Positions 16,224 through 32,081 of a stretch of 64,000 nt of DNA are shown here, in pieces. A program made the position numbers and the translations under genes. Source of the DNA: Eledone cirrhosa (Eukaryota). The DNA is taken from assembly GCA_964016885.1 (NCBI GenBank), contig OZ024761.1:25730001-25794000 (forward strand), in the 5' to 3' direction. Position 1 is the first letter of the stretch; every line of letters begins with the position of its first letter. The notes under the pieces are model-generated. The model saw nothing but the letters and a program-made list of their open reading frames with translations, ran no database searches and was not told where the DNA came from.

Positions 16224-16370
16224 GTGTGTGGTGTGGTGTGGTGTGGTGTGGTGTGGTGTGGTGTGGGGTGGTGTGGTGTGGGGTGGTGTGGTGTGGGGTG
16301 GTGTTGTGTGGTGTGGTGTGGTGTGGTGTGGTGGTGTCGTGTGGTGTGGTGTGGTGTGTGTTTGTGTGTG
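16224..16370. repeat. (GTGTG/GTGGT)n pentanucleotide microsatellite
   Basis: Direct reading. Confidence 0.9.
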
Positions 16371-16513
16371 CGCATAAATATAGAGAGAAGGAGAGTGAGA
16401 AAGTGACAGAGATAGATATTAGCGTTGTAAATGTTAGCATATGTATATATATATATATATATATGTATATGATATTTGTGTATATATATATATATATATA
16501 TGAATATGATATT

Positions 16514-16549
<36 letters not shown>

Positions 16550-16750
16550 TATGATATTTGTATATATATATATATATGAATATGATATTTGTATATATAT
16601 ATATATATATATATGATATTTGTATATATATATATATATATATATGATATTTGTATATATATATATATATATGTATATGATATTTGTATATATATATATA
16701 TATATATGTATATGATATTTGTATATATATATATATATATATGATATTTG

Positions 16751-16788
<38 letters not shown>

Positions 16789-16832
16789 ATTTGTATATAT
16801 AGAGAGAGATGGAAAAAAAAATATATATATAT

Positions 16833-17095
16833 ATGTAGAAGTTATATTTAATTTGTTGGGATACAACAAGCAAATATTTTTATAACTGATATAAAGCACT
16901 CAACAAATTGTTGGAGTAAAAATACAATATATTAATAAATGGAAACTATATTTATAAAACCATATTTATTTCATTATACATATTTCAAGGACACCAAAGC
17001 GCACCATAATTTGCTTTGTTGTGCTTGAAATATGTATAATGAAATAAATATGTTTTTATAAATATAGTTTCCATTTATTAATATATTAAATATAT
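16833..17095 (+). mobile_element. Family P copy with foldback centred on hammerhead stem II
   Basis: 16927-16989 is the reverse complement of 17024-17087. The plus strand keeps stem II + GAAA uaugu AUA, but CUGAUGA is replaced by the inverted arm. Confidence 0.7.
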
Positions 17096-17497
17096 TATAT
17101 ATATATATATAATGACCCAACAGTCAGATTAGCTAATAGAAAGATTTATATCAGATAACATCTTGGTACATTTGTTGCAGCTGATGTAAGATTTACTTGA
17201 AAAGAAATTATTTTTCTCTCTGCTAGTGAATGGCTCCATATTTGCAAGCCTAGAGCATATAATCCAGACTGCGATGATGTAGCTACGCGGAGCTATGTGC
17301 TATTCCCATTTATCTTTCCAGATGTGCGTCAAATTGTAGGAATATTGCTTGACTAAGTGTTTGGAGACACAAGACATGTGGCATTTTCTTTGAGAAGCAT
17401 TAGTAAATTAACATCACCGAGTACGTATATTTTCTCTCAGAATAATGTCGGATATTTTTTTTCGGTCGCGAATACAATAAGCCGAAATTGGATTCCC

Positions 17498-17733
17498 ACG
17501 AAGGGAGCAACATTGCATGATAAAGAGAGTAGCTCGGAGATCAGAGAGTTACTCCAGGTAGAGCTGCTACTTCTACAAATTGAGAGATCACAGCTCTGAT
17601 ACTATGGACATGTGATTAGAATGTCTTGGAAAAGGATCGCTGGACAGATTGATAGCTCAGAGATCAGAGAATCACTAGGTAGGAGCACTACTTCTCCACA
17701 TTGAGGGATCACATCTCCGATACTACAGGCATG
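17498..17733 (+). mobile_element. Degraded RTE-clade LINE fragment with internal tandem duplication
   Basis: ...SSEIRELLQVELLLLQIERSQL*YYGHVIRM resembles the RTE/Rex3 C-terminal IERSQLRWxGHxxRM motif; partly repeated at 17653-17733. Confidence 0.6.
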
Positions 17734-17748
17734 CCCCGTTCCATCGTC

Positions 17749-17900
17749 TAGGGAAAGTATCACCGACGGCAGAGCTCAAGCCGTTTCGACGGCTATTTCT
17801 GGACACGTCGGGGTCATACTTTTTCCTATATCCCACTCTACTACCCTAAGTATTGAGTACTCTGGTGCGTGATGCTCAATTTGGTTCCTTACCACATTTC

Positions 17901-17954
<54 letters not shown>

Positions 17955-18143
17955 AACCAGTAAGACCCCGACGGCTGAGCTCAAGCCGTTTCGACGGCTA
18001 ATTCGGTCCAGAATTAGCCGTCGAAACGGCTTGAGCTCAGTCGTCGGGGTCTTACTGGTTCCTATTACCCACTCTACTACCCCAAGTATTGAGTACTTTG
18101 GTGCGTTATGGTCCACCTGGTTCCTTACCACATTTCCTTCGTT
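17749..18143 (+). mobile_element. Family H copies 2 (17749-17904, internally deleted) and 3 (17951-18143)
   Basis: Same palindrome and unique arm as 6619-6809 in the opposite orientation, separated by (TA)n. Confidence 0.8.
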
Positions 18144-18466
18144 ATATATATATATATATATATATACATACATATATTGATAGATAGCTACGTGTAGAAA
18201 CATTTTGTCAGAAACAATCCAGAATAATCACACAAATCACAACAACAACATCTACAGTAAATATAAGAACACATATTCTATAAAGAATCCATGACTGGAA
18301 GGAGAAAAAGCAACGGTTTTATTGTATATAAGAAAAAAAATAAAAGGCAAGAAAACAAGACAAGTATTATGTCAGTAAAGCATTTTCGCATGTTTGACGG
18401 TTATTGCATAAATTCCTATCTAAAAAGATGTAGATTTTGATGAATCGATATAGATTATCATTATCC

Positions 18467-18547
<81 letters not shown>

Positions 18548-18729
18548 GATATGTATATCTGTGTCTGTATGTGTGTGTGTGTGTGCATATATATATAAAT
18601 ATTTATATATATATATATATATGTATATGTATAAATAGAGAGAGAGATGTATCGAATTATGAATGTGAGGAAATAATAGACAAATATATACCTATTTATT
18701 TGTGTATATATATATATATATATATGAAT

Positions 18730-18803
<74 letters not shown>

Positions 18804-18828
18804 ATATGTATGTATATATGTATATATG

Positions 18829-18864
<36 letters not shown>

Positions 18865-19228
18865 GATATGTAGATATATATATATGTGTGTGTAGTTATA
18901 TATATATTTCTTCCATGTACTGCGCCCTTTGTTTTGTTCTACACACACACACACGTGTGTGTGTGTGGGGGGGGGGGGGTGCATGCGCGTGTGTATGCAT
19001 GAGTGTGTGCGTGCGTGTATATTATTTGATACATCGACAACAATTGCATAATACGTCAGCTAATCATATATTTGAAGTAAGCTGAACGAATCTTATTCTG
19101 CATGGAAAGCTTATAGGGGAAGTAACTGGATTTTAACTTGAGTAAGTACTTCAGGAGTGATTTGACAGGTTGGGTTATGTTATACATATTATAGAGGATC
19201 ACAAGTGAGGATAGACCTATCACCAGTC

Positions 19229-20372
19229 CCATCATCATCATCATCATCATCATAGGTCTAATCACCATCATCAATCATGTGCTTTATCTTCCTTAACCCT
19301 TTCCTTAAAAACGTGTAGTCTTCGTGTCAAAATATTTTATCATCATCACCGTAATTGTCCTCATAGACCTCCTCCTCCACCTACCCCTCCTCCTCCATCT
19401 CTTCGTCCTTATCATCATCATCATAGTCTTTATCATCATCATCATCATCACCATCACCTCCCTCATCGCCATTGTCGTCCTCTTCATCCTCAGCATTCCA
19501 CAGCCTGACAACGTCATCATCAAGTGCCTCATCTTCAAAACATATCTAGTCTTGTTTGTGAAAATATTCTATCATCATCATCATCACCATCGTTGTCAAC
19601 ATAGTCCGCCTCCTCCTCCGCCTCCTCCTCGTATTCATCATCATCATCATCATCATAGGCTTCATCATCATCACCACAATAGTCATCATCAGCGTAGGCT
19701 TCACCATTACCACCAGCACCACCACCACCATCACCACCCTCACCAACATCACCGTCATCCTCATCACCATCACCATCACCACCATCACCCTCCCCAACAT
19801 CACCATCATCACCATCACCTTCACCCCCATCGCCCTGCCCAACATCACCATCACCACCATCACCTTCACCCTCACCACCATCACATCACCCTCACCACCA
19901 TCACCTCCTTCACCATCATCACCATCACCTTCACCCTCACCACCATCACCAACATCACCACCAACATCACCACCATCACCATCACCATCTCTATCATCAT
20001 CACCATCATCATCATCACTAACATTAACATCCTGACATCAACATCAGCAGCAGCAACAGCAGCAGCAAGAACAGCAACAACAGCGACAGCAACAGCATTA
20101 ATAGCCTGACAGTCATCATTACCGCCATCATCATCACCATCACCATCACCAGCAGCAAACAGCAAGAACAGCAGCGGCAACAGCAACAGCAGCAGTTGCA
20201 GCAATAATAGCATGACAGTCATCATTAAGCCATCACCATCACCAACAGCAGCAGCAAACAGCAAGAACAACGACAGCAGCAGCAACAGCAACAACAGCAG
20301 CAACAGCGACAATAGCATGACAGTCATCATTAAGCCATCATCATCACCACCATTAATAGCCTGTCAGTCATC
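19229..20372. repeat. Compound (CAT)n/(CAC)n/(CAG)n low-complexity tract
   Basis: Direct reading; explains the poly-His and poly-Ile pseudo-ORFs. Confidence 0.9.
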
Positions 20373-20880
20373 ATCAACACTTACTTAAAATCCTTTCCCA
20401 CTTGTTTCCCCTCATTCAACAGATATGTTGTGACGGACAGACAGACGGAGAGACAGACTCTTTTATAGGGGCGCAGGGTTGGCAGTATCTGTGGAGCATC
20501 AGACAATACACTTCATGGCATAGAGTTACGCCTCTTTACATTATCAACACTTACTTAAAATCCTTTCCCACGTGTTTCCCTCATTCAACAGATATGTTGT
20601 GACGGACAGACAGACGAGGAAACAGACTCTCTTTTATAAAGGCCCAGCATTTGCCGTATCTGTGGAGCATCAGACAATACGCTTGATGGCATAGAGTTAC
20701 GCCTCTTTACATTATAAACACTTACTTAAAATCCTTTCCCACTTGTTTCCCTCATTCAACAGATATGTTGTGACGGACAGACAGACGGGGAAACAGACTC
20801 TCTTTTATAAGGGCGCAGGGTTGGCAGTATCTGTGGAGCATTACACAATACGCTTGATGGCATAGAGTTACGCCTCTTTA
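20373..20880 (+). repeat. Three tandem ~170-bp units, each ending in a SINE-A 5' head
   Basis: aacacttacttaaaatcctttccc...gacggacagacagacg...ttggcagtatctgtggagcat...gagttacgcctcttta at about 20373, 20543 and 20713. Confidence 0.9.
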
Positions 20881-21665
20881 AATTCTGAGTTCAAATCCGC
20901 CGAGTATAATTATGCCCTTCATCCTTACGCGGTCGATAAAATAAAGTACCAGTAACGTACGGGGGGGACATTTAATCAACTTTCCAAAAAACCCACACCA
21001 CCACCCCCAAAACATAATTGCTGACCATGTACTTGTAGTAGAAATTATTGTTCTTATTATTAGATGGGTTGGCAGTATCGGTAGAGCGTCGGACATTGAG
21101 TTTGCAGCATATAGTTCATTGCCTTTTAAGTTCTCAGTTCAAATCTCGCCTGGGGTAACTTTGCCTTTCATCCTTACGACTTCGAGTTAATAAAGTACCA
21201 GTAATACACCGTGATAATTGCTGGCCTTGTGCCAAAAGAAGAAACAATTATTAGATTACACTATAAGAGCAGTGGAGCGTCGGACAACACAATTTGCAGC
21301 AGAGTTTATGGCATTTTACCTTCAGAGTTCGAATCTCGCTGAGGTTAAATTGGCCTCCCATCCTTACGGGGTCGATAATATAAAGTACCAGTGATTCACT
21401 GCGATAATTGCTGGCCTTGTACCTAAATTTGCAATAATTATTACTGTTACACTATAAGGGCGGTAGAGCGCCGGACTACATAATTTGCATCATAGTGTGA
21501 ATGGCATTTTAGGTTCGCAGTTCAAATCTCGCTGAGGTTAACTTTGCTTCTCATCCTTACGAAGGCGATAAAATAAAGTACCAGTAATACATTGTGGTCG
21601 ATTTAATGGCAGTTTCCTCCTCATCTTTAAAGTGCTGGCCTTGTGCCAAAATTAGAAAGCAGTAT
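20820..21665 (+). mobile_element. Cluster of four diverged SINE family A copies
   Basis: B boxes and central domains at about 20888, 21137, 21326 and 21520. Confidence 0.8.
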
Positions 21666-21789
21666 TATGCTATTGAGTTAACGTAACATATCCTCGTCAA
21701 TGATTCACATTTTATAACAACTCCTTCGCTTCTGGTATCAATTTTACAATATATAAAAAAATATATATTTCACTCTTCTATAGAAATAT

Positions 21790-22385
21790 AATTGTTTCTA
21801 CTATTGGCACAAGGCCAGCAAATACCCAGTACATTACTGGTACATTATTTTATCGAGCCCGTAAGGATGAAAGGCAAAGTCAACCTCGGCGGGATTTCAA
21901 CTCAGATCGTTAAGGGACGGAACTATGCTGGAAAGCATAGCGTCCGGCCCTCTACCGATACTGCCAATCCACTCTTCTATAGAAACATAATAGTTTCTAA
22001 GTTTGGCACAAGGCCAGCAAATACCCAGTGCATTACTGGTACTTTATTTTATCGACCCCGTAAGGATTAAAGGCAAAGACAACCTCGGCGGGATTTGAAC
22101 GCAGAATGGCAAGGGCCGTAACTCTATGCGTCAAAGCAAGGCGTCCGACCCTCTACCGATACTGCCAATTCACAACCCTTCTATAGAAATATAATTGTTT
22201 CTACTTTTTTGGCACAAGACCAGCAAATTCACAGTGTATTACTGGTACTTTATTTTATCGACCCCGTAAGGATGAAAGGCAAAGTCAACCTCGGCGGGAT
22301 TTGAAATCAGAATGGCAATGGCCGTAACTCTATGCGTCAAAGCAAGGCGTACGACTCTCTACCGATACTGCCAATCCACCGCCCT
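21790..22385 (-). mobile_element. Three tandem SINE family A copies with a shared spacer
   Basis: cttctatagaaa(t/c)ata spacer at about 21775, 21974, 22178 and 22384. Confidence 0.9.
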
Positions 22386-22874
22386 TCTATAGAAATATAA
22401 TAATTGTTTATAACCCCAAATAAAGACGAGGTGGGGGAAGTAAGAGAGAATTTATTACATGCAATTTACATGGAATGTTTCTTGGACATTTTTGGCAGGT
22501 ATTATTATATTACACTATAGTTGATTGTGAAATTGTATAAAGTATATTGATCACAAATATCTCTATGCTATTCCCGTATGCCCAAATTTTGTAATCTATT
22601 AACAACAATGTCTGAAACTCCCTCCCCCGAATTTCCCATTCATACGAAAATTTCCATATGAATACAATAGTTTCTAAAGGTCACAGTTTAAAACATCTTT
22701 CATTTCATTACCACACATACCGACTAATTTATTTTTCCGCTATATTTTTATGTACGTAAGCACACGCATGTATATATATATATATATATATAAATATATA
22801 TATCTGTCTGTATATATATACACACACACACACATACATATATATATGTACACGCACATTATTATATATACATT

Positions 22875-22906
<32 letters not shown>

Positions 22907-23440
22907 AATATATATATACATATATAGGTGTATATATGTATATATATACACATATATACATCTATGTATATATATATATATGTTTATATACACACATATA
23001 TACACCTATATATATATATGTACACACACACGTAAATAAATATATACACAGATGTATGTATATATATATATATAAATATATATATCATATATATGTGTAT
23101 ATAAATATATATACATATATATATATCCATATAAAAATATATACATGCATACATAACTGCATATATACATGCACACATACAGGCAGACATATACACACAT
23201 GTATATATATGTATATATTTGAATATATAGTTTTTTTATTAAGATATCTATACCTTTTTCTTAATTTCCTTTATTTTTCTAAAAGGCACTAATTTCAATA
23301 CATTTCCATTATTGAAACTTGTGTATGCATTTATTATATATATATATATATATATATATGTTTGTGTGTGTGTATGCTTCTGTGTGTGTATATATATATA
23401 TCACACACATTTATACACAAATATTTACATAATATATATA

Positions 23441-23487
<47 letters not shown>

Positions 23488-24174
23488 TGTGTGTAAATGC
23501 ATATGTAAATATATGTATCATATATATATATTATACATAATATAATATATATATATATATGTGTGTGTGGGTGCATGCATATGACTATGTAAATATATGT
23601 AAATATGCGTATATGTACAAACACACACACACACACATATATATATATTTATATATATATATATACGTATATATATGCATATATTTAGAGATGTTTATGT
23701 AAAAGCATAACTACGTACATATGCATACATTCAAACATGAAAAAATATGCATCTGTATATGAACAAATGTACACAATTACCGTCATACGTTTCATTTCAA
23801 ACTTAATAATGTGTAAATTATTCCGTGTATTTATTTATTCATAACACACGTTGTATTGATAATTCAGTCCCACTAATTATATATGTGTACTGTTCAGCTA
23901 TACCTTTCAGTCATGAAATATGTATGAATAGGTGAGGTTTTCATGATGGTGATGTTATTTTGTCTAGAAATGTATTTTATATATACTGAATTATTGATGA
24001 TAACATACGTACACACACACAAATATGTATTCAAGAAGAACCCTCTCCCCCACGCACACACATACACACACGCGCGCGCGCGCGCAAACACACACACACA
24101 CACATTATTTTACCTGTATCAGCCATCCGGCTGAGGCCATGCTGGGGCACCACCCTTGAAATATATATATATAT

Positions 24175-24205
<31 letters not shown>

Positions 24206-24449
24206 AGTAGAAGGTATATTTAATTTGTTGGAAGTCCGACAAATATATATATATATAATTATATATATATACATATATATATATGTGTGTGTGTGTGTCG
24301 CGAAGAATTATGGGTTAGATAGTAGAGGTGGGCCCCTCATATCACAAACATCCAATAGAAAGTTGTTGAGGTCAGACAAAAAGGGGATCCCACCTCAGGA
24401 TTGATAGGATTCGAGACACGCATATACATACACATATATATATATAATC

Positions 24450-24501
<52 letters not shown>

Positions 24502-24515
24502 TGGTGTTCTGTTTA

Positions 24516-24548
<33 letters not shown>

Positions 24549-24610
24549 TTATAAAAATAAATAAATATATATATATATATATATATATAGATGGTGTTCT
24601 GTTTATATAT

Positions 24611-24643
<33 letters not shown>

Positions 24644-25164
24644 CGGGGTATATATTATTGTTATAGGTAGTCCACTTAAGTGTAGTCCAGGTGTTTTACT
24701 CCGAGTAGTGGATGATATCAACGCTTGGCTAAGTTTGACTCAACAAGGCGTTTCCATAGTGATGCTTGGAGTAATGATAAATCAGGAAAGAAGAGTGACA
24801 CGGTTTGCTATACAAAAAAGGAACAGTAAAAGACCTACAGTACCGGTATGTCCCACTGTAGGCTCTGTGATCTAGAATTACTATATATCCTTAGAAATGT
24901 AAAAAGGCTATTCAACAACAAGTTAGAAAGATCAATCTTCTGCAGACACAGGATAGCCACTAAATTCACAAGATTTAAGCCTCCGTGAATCGAACCGACG
25001 TAACTTAGCTTTCAACTTCGCATACCCACTATACTGCACGAACCACCACAGAGATATAATCATTAAGTACATTCTAGCCCTCTTTATTCTATACCACAGC
25101 AATGTCTGTAAGTACCTTATCAACCCATAAACATATCCCTTCTCAGCTTTAAACATATACAATT

Positions 25165-25330
25165 TAATTGTTTCTACTTTAGGCACAAGGCCAGCAATTA
25201 CCCATTGTATTACTGGTACTTTATTTTAACGACCCCGTAAGGATGAAAGGCAAAGTCAAGCACGGCGGGATTTGAGCTCAGATCGTAAAGGGACGTAACT
25301 ATGCTGGAAAGCATGGCGTCCAACCCTCTA
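25165..25330 (-). mobile_element. SINE family A, 5'-truncated
   Basis: Family motifs. Confidence 0.85.
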
Positions 25331-25555
25331 TGTGTAGGTCTATCACATGTGTTGTCATGTTAGGATTGGTCAATATATATATATATGTATGTATGTGTGT
25401 GTGTGTGTGTATGTATGTGTGTGTGTGCGTGTCTGTGTGTGCATGTATGTGTGTATATATGTATAAATATAATATATATATATACACATATATATATAAA
25501 TATGTATACGTACCTATATACATTCATATACACACACATATATATATATATACAG

Positions 25556-25830
25556 AATATATTATCAAATGGAAACTATATTTATAAAACCATATTTATT
25601 TTATTATACATGTTTCAAGGGCCACCAAGGCAAATTTTGGTGCGCTTTCATCAGATGAAATATAATACAGATTAGTTTTATAATTAAATATTGACATACC
25701 CTGAAAAAATGCAACCTTAACGGTTGGAGTTTCCTGGATAGTATATTTACGCCAATAAACTGTTGAGTGCTTTATATCAATTATAAAAATATTTTAGCCT
25801 GTTGTATCCCAACAAATTAAATATAACCTC

Positions 25831-25833
<3 letters not shown>
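25556..25833 (-). mobile_element. Family P copy 3
   Basis: Colinear with 14601-15022; (TA)n flanks. Confidence 0.7.
25597..25662 (-). ncRNA. Minimal type I hammerhead ribozyme
   Basis: uauuucau CUGAUGA aagcgcacca...ugguggcccuu GAAA caugu AUA auaaaaua. Confidence 0.65.
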
Positions 25834-25884
<51 letters not shown>

Positions 25885-26425
25885 TACATATACTTACACA
25901 CATACATGCATATGATTCAATTTGCAGAGATGTGAGAAAAAAGGTGGGAAAATTAATTTGGCATAAAAACGAATCTAGTTTATTGATCAGATATATATAT
26001 GGTGAAGTGTAGAGAGGTGTTCTTAGATTTTGGCTGCCATGACTAATGTATAAGGCCGCCATAATTGAGTGCAGAGTGACTCCCTGGCGTCATAAGACTG
26101 TGTTGTGTGACAGAGTCTTGTTAATATTTATATCTTCATTTTTTTTTCTTATCTCCATCATCGAAGAGTAACATTTCGCCTTAGGCTGTTCTGGAAAATG
26201 AATATATGAGCTAGTTTTCACAAACACCTATTGTTCAGGTTCGTGCGATTTCGTGTCATGCGGTAGTGTTTGGTGTTTATAAATGTTTTTGTTGTTGTTG
26301 TTGTAGTGTTGTTTACTGTTATGCTTTTCGTTTTACTATTGTTGTATTTTTCATTCATATCTTGATGGTTTCAGAGCTATTTTAGTGAAAATATCTGATT
26401 CAGATGATTTTGACAATGCTGTCTG

Positions 26426-26456
<31 letters not shown>

Positions 26457-26589
26457 ATACAATATATATATGTATGTATGCTTTTATATAAGTATGTATG
26501 TATAGACATATTTATTATTAGAACAGATTAAAGTTTAAAGAAACGAATTTCTACATTCACCCTATTACGTAATTATTAGAGTCGGACAT

Positions 26590-26740
26590 GTTTTTTCAGC
26601 ATAGTTACGTCCCTTTACGATCTAAGTTCAAATCCCGCCGAGGTTAACTTTGCGTTTCATCCTTATGGGGTAGATAAATCAAGTACCAGTAATGTACTGG
26701 GGTAATTGCAGGCCTTGTGTCAAAAGTAGAAACAATTATT
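26590..26740 (+). mobile_element. SINE family A, 5'-truncated
   Basis: aagttcaaatcccgccgagg...agtagaaacaattatt. Confidence 0.8.
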
Positions 26741-26750
26741 ACTATATATA

Positions 26751-27140
26751 TTATAAATGTAAGCTATCGCCGTATTTTGACTAAAGAAATTAAAGAAAAT
26801 TATTTAGCCTGGTATTGGTGTTAAGAACCCTCGGAGAAATGGAAAAAGATGAGTATTCACGTACATGGGACTCGAACACACATCGTTGGTTATCCAGACC
26901 ACTGTGCTACCATTACACCAACGCATGATGTGTTCGTGTAATGGTAGCACAGTGGTCTGTATAACCAAAGATGTGGGTTCGACTCCCATGTACGTCAATA
27001 CTCATCTTTTCCCATTTCTCCGAGGGTTCTTAACCCCATTATCAGGCTAAATAATTTCTTTAATTTCTTTAGTGAAAATATGGCGATAGCTTACATTTAT
27101 AATTTCAAACCTGCTCGCTGTTTCCAAAATATTCTTACTA
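26751..27140 (+). mobile_element. tRNA-headed foldback element (family T), copy 1: ~350-bp palindrome plus unique tail
   Basis: 26751-26918 is the imperfect reverse complement of 26936-27102. Homologous to 40448-40715. Confidence 0.8.
26926..26997 (+). pseudogene. tRNA-like cloverleaf (element head), isotype uncertain
   Basis: Acceptor-like tgatgtg/tacgtca, D arm gtg-taatggtag-cac, anticodon arm tggt-ctgtata-acca, T arm gtggg-ttcgact-cccat, followed by a T-run. Inverted partial copy at 26858-26925. Confidence 0.55.
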
Positions 27141-27148
27141 CTATATAT

Positions 27149-27300
<152 letters not shown>

Positions 27301-27631
27301 GTATCTGTGGATGCGTGTGGGTGGGTGTGGGCGCATTCCTGTGAGCACTTCTGTGAAGTATGTTTTCCTAGTTTTTATCTATATGTATTCATACATATAT
27401 ATATATACACATATATATATATATGTATATATATATATACACACACACATATATATGTATTCTATATCCCCGGGAACTCTCTGGCTATAGATATATATCT
27501 TAGACTAAGATTCGATATGATAATAGACGTACGTGGATGGTAATATATCAATAGATCCGATAGATCTGTGTTTTTAGTGGGTTTTAATGATATTGAGTTT
27601 CACGTAAACATTGATGTGCCACTATATACAT

Positions 27632-27673
<42 letters not shown>

Positions 27674-27683
27674 GTGTGTTGAA

Positions 27684-27727
<44 letters not shown>

Positions 27728-27772
27728 CAACTGCATATATATATATATATGTGTGTGTGTGTGTTCAACTGC

Positions 27773-27835
<63 letters not shown>

Positions 27836-27920
27836 GAGAGAAAGAGAGAGAGAGGTAGATAGCTATGTATGTATATATATATATATATATATATATACAT
27901 ACGGAGCGAGAGAGAGATAG

Positions 27921-27965
<45 letters not shown>

Positions 27966-27993
27966 CGGAGCGAGAGAGAGAGAGATAGCTATG

Positions 27994-28025
<32 letters not shown>

Positions 28026-28277
28026 ATATAGATATATATATATATACTATTCAGGTGTATTGTGATCGATTCTACAGCCATGCTCATCTAATTAGCAGAG
28101 ATATTGTAAAAGGTGTGAAAACCCATTCACGCAACAGAACTGTATTTACTGATCTATTAGAAATACCTCCATCAATGTTGACACCTAGAGAAGAGATCTC
28201 CACTCACATATACACACACACATAGAGTCAGATATACACAGGCTCACACATACATAGATAGATAGACAGAGACACAT

Positions 28278-28672
28278 ACACAGTAGATACTTACACACTA
28301 ACACACGCATGCACACTCACATAGTGATTCCGACAGGTTGACTCACACACTTATACACATACGCGCAAAAATACACCTTCCAGGCACATCTATATACAAA
28401 GATATAGTGACACACATACACACACACAGACACACTCACAGACACTGACACACTCACAGACACTGAAATAAAAACACACACATACACAGTAAATACTTAC
28501 ACACTAACACACGCATGCACACTCACATAGTGATTCCGACAGGTTGACTCACACACTTATACACATACGCGCAAAAATACACCTTCCAGGCACATCTATA
28601 TACAAAGATATAGTGACACACACACACACACAGACACACTCACAGACACTGACATAAAAACACACACATACA
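28278..28672. repeat. About 205-bp tandem duplication in a CA-rich tract
   Basis: catagtgattccgacaggttgactc and caccttccaggcacatc each occur twice about 206 bp apart. Confidence 0.85.
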
Positions 28673-29608
28673 CACTCACACAGTGACATAGACAAGTAGA
28701 CACACACAAACACAAGCGAACACTCGACTTCAGACAGAGAAACAGACAGAGAGAGAGAGAGACAGAGACAGAGAAACAGATGCACATAGAGAGAGACAGA
28801 CACATACACACACATTCACTGACGCACATAATCTCTCTCTCTCTCACACACACACACATTCACTTAAATACAATCATCCAGACAGCGATACACACACTCA
28901 CATACATACATACACTTATAGACTCAAGCATACTTTGACACACACAGAAACAGAGACAAGCACAACTGTGATGATGGTGATAGGTCTATTGATTTGATGG
29001 TGATGAGGATATATATATATATATGTGTATGTGTGTGTGTGTATGTGTGCGTGTGTATGGGTGTGCGTGCGGTTGTATGGGTGTGCGTGTGTATGTATTC
29101 GTGTGTATGGGTGTGTGTGTGTATGTGTGGTTCAGTGTGTATAAAAAAAATTACCAATGCGTATATAAACATATACTGCTCACACATATATCCATCGATC
29201 CATCCATGCATACAAACACAAACTTACACACACACACACAAAACATACCTACATACATAATATGCAGATATTCATATATACATACATAAGTACGTAATAC
29301 CATACATACACAAGAAGCATACATACATACAGACAAACAAGTATACGCACTTAGATACAAACACGAACTTACACGTATACATACAGACAGACACAATTAT
29401 ATTGATACGTATTAACTACCATTCATACAGACACACACTTACATACACGCACACATATATACAAACATATACACAAGCACACATATATACATACATACAC
29501 GCACACATATATATACATTCATACACACGCACACATATATATATATATATTATATATATACATACACAAACACACATTCATACAAACATACAAACTTACA
29601 TCTATCTC

Positions 29609-29652
<44 letters not shown>

Positions 29653-30030
29653 TACATTGGGACATACAAAGATACACACTCATACATATACATACACACA
29701 GGATATATATATATATACATACACACACACACATATATATATATATACACACACATACATATATATACATACAAACACACATACATACACACAAACATAA
29801 ACACAGGAAATATATATATACATACACACAAACCCACATATATATATATATATATTGATATATATACACACACATATACACACATATATACATACACACA
29901 CACATACACACATGATATATATATATATACATACACACACACATATATATATATATATACATACACACACAAACATATATATATATATACACATACACAC
30001 ACATATATATACACACACACACATACAAAA

Positions 30031-30075
<45 letters not shown>

Positions 30076-30119
30076 TACACAAATATATATATATATATAT
30101 ACACACACATACAGATATG

Positions 30120-30179
<60 letters not shown>

Positions 30180-30284
30180 GTAATAATAATAAAATTGAAG
30201 ACTAAAATCCAAAGAGGGCTCGATAAGGAAAATATATATCAAATATAAAGCGATTCTTTGCTTAAACTATAATCTGTTATTTTA

Positions 30285-30336
<52 letters not shown>

Positions 30337-30707
30337 CTACACACACAGATATATACATATATACACCAGCATCGTTTCCCATACAGGATAGACGCTTCAA
30401 AGGCGGAAGTAGTTTCCAGCATAACTATTCATCCACATACACATTAACGGTATAATGGCGTCCTTCATATAGAATGTAAGGATAATGTGTTCTGGCGCTG
30501 ACATATTTAACACGTGTTTAAGTGGGATAATAGTCAAACTTTCTAGATGACAAAAACAACAAACAATAATAGGCAAAACAATAATAATATTAGAAATATC
30601 ATTTCAGGAATGAATAAAATATTGAATATTGAAAGAGATAAAAAAAAACAAAAAAAAACCAATCTATTACTATAAAATGATTTCACAAAGTTTGTTTATG
30701 AAAGTAA

Positions 30708-32081
<1,374 letters not shown>

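Noticed and set aside
19324-20109. His-rich 261-aa ORF
   Set aside because: Product of (CAT/CAC)n; no domain or splice support.
26926-26997. Functional tRNA gene
   Set aside because: Imperfect stems, anticodon differs between the two arms, and it is embedded in a repeat; kept only as a tRNA-like head.
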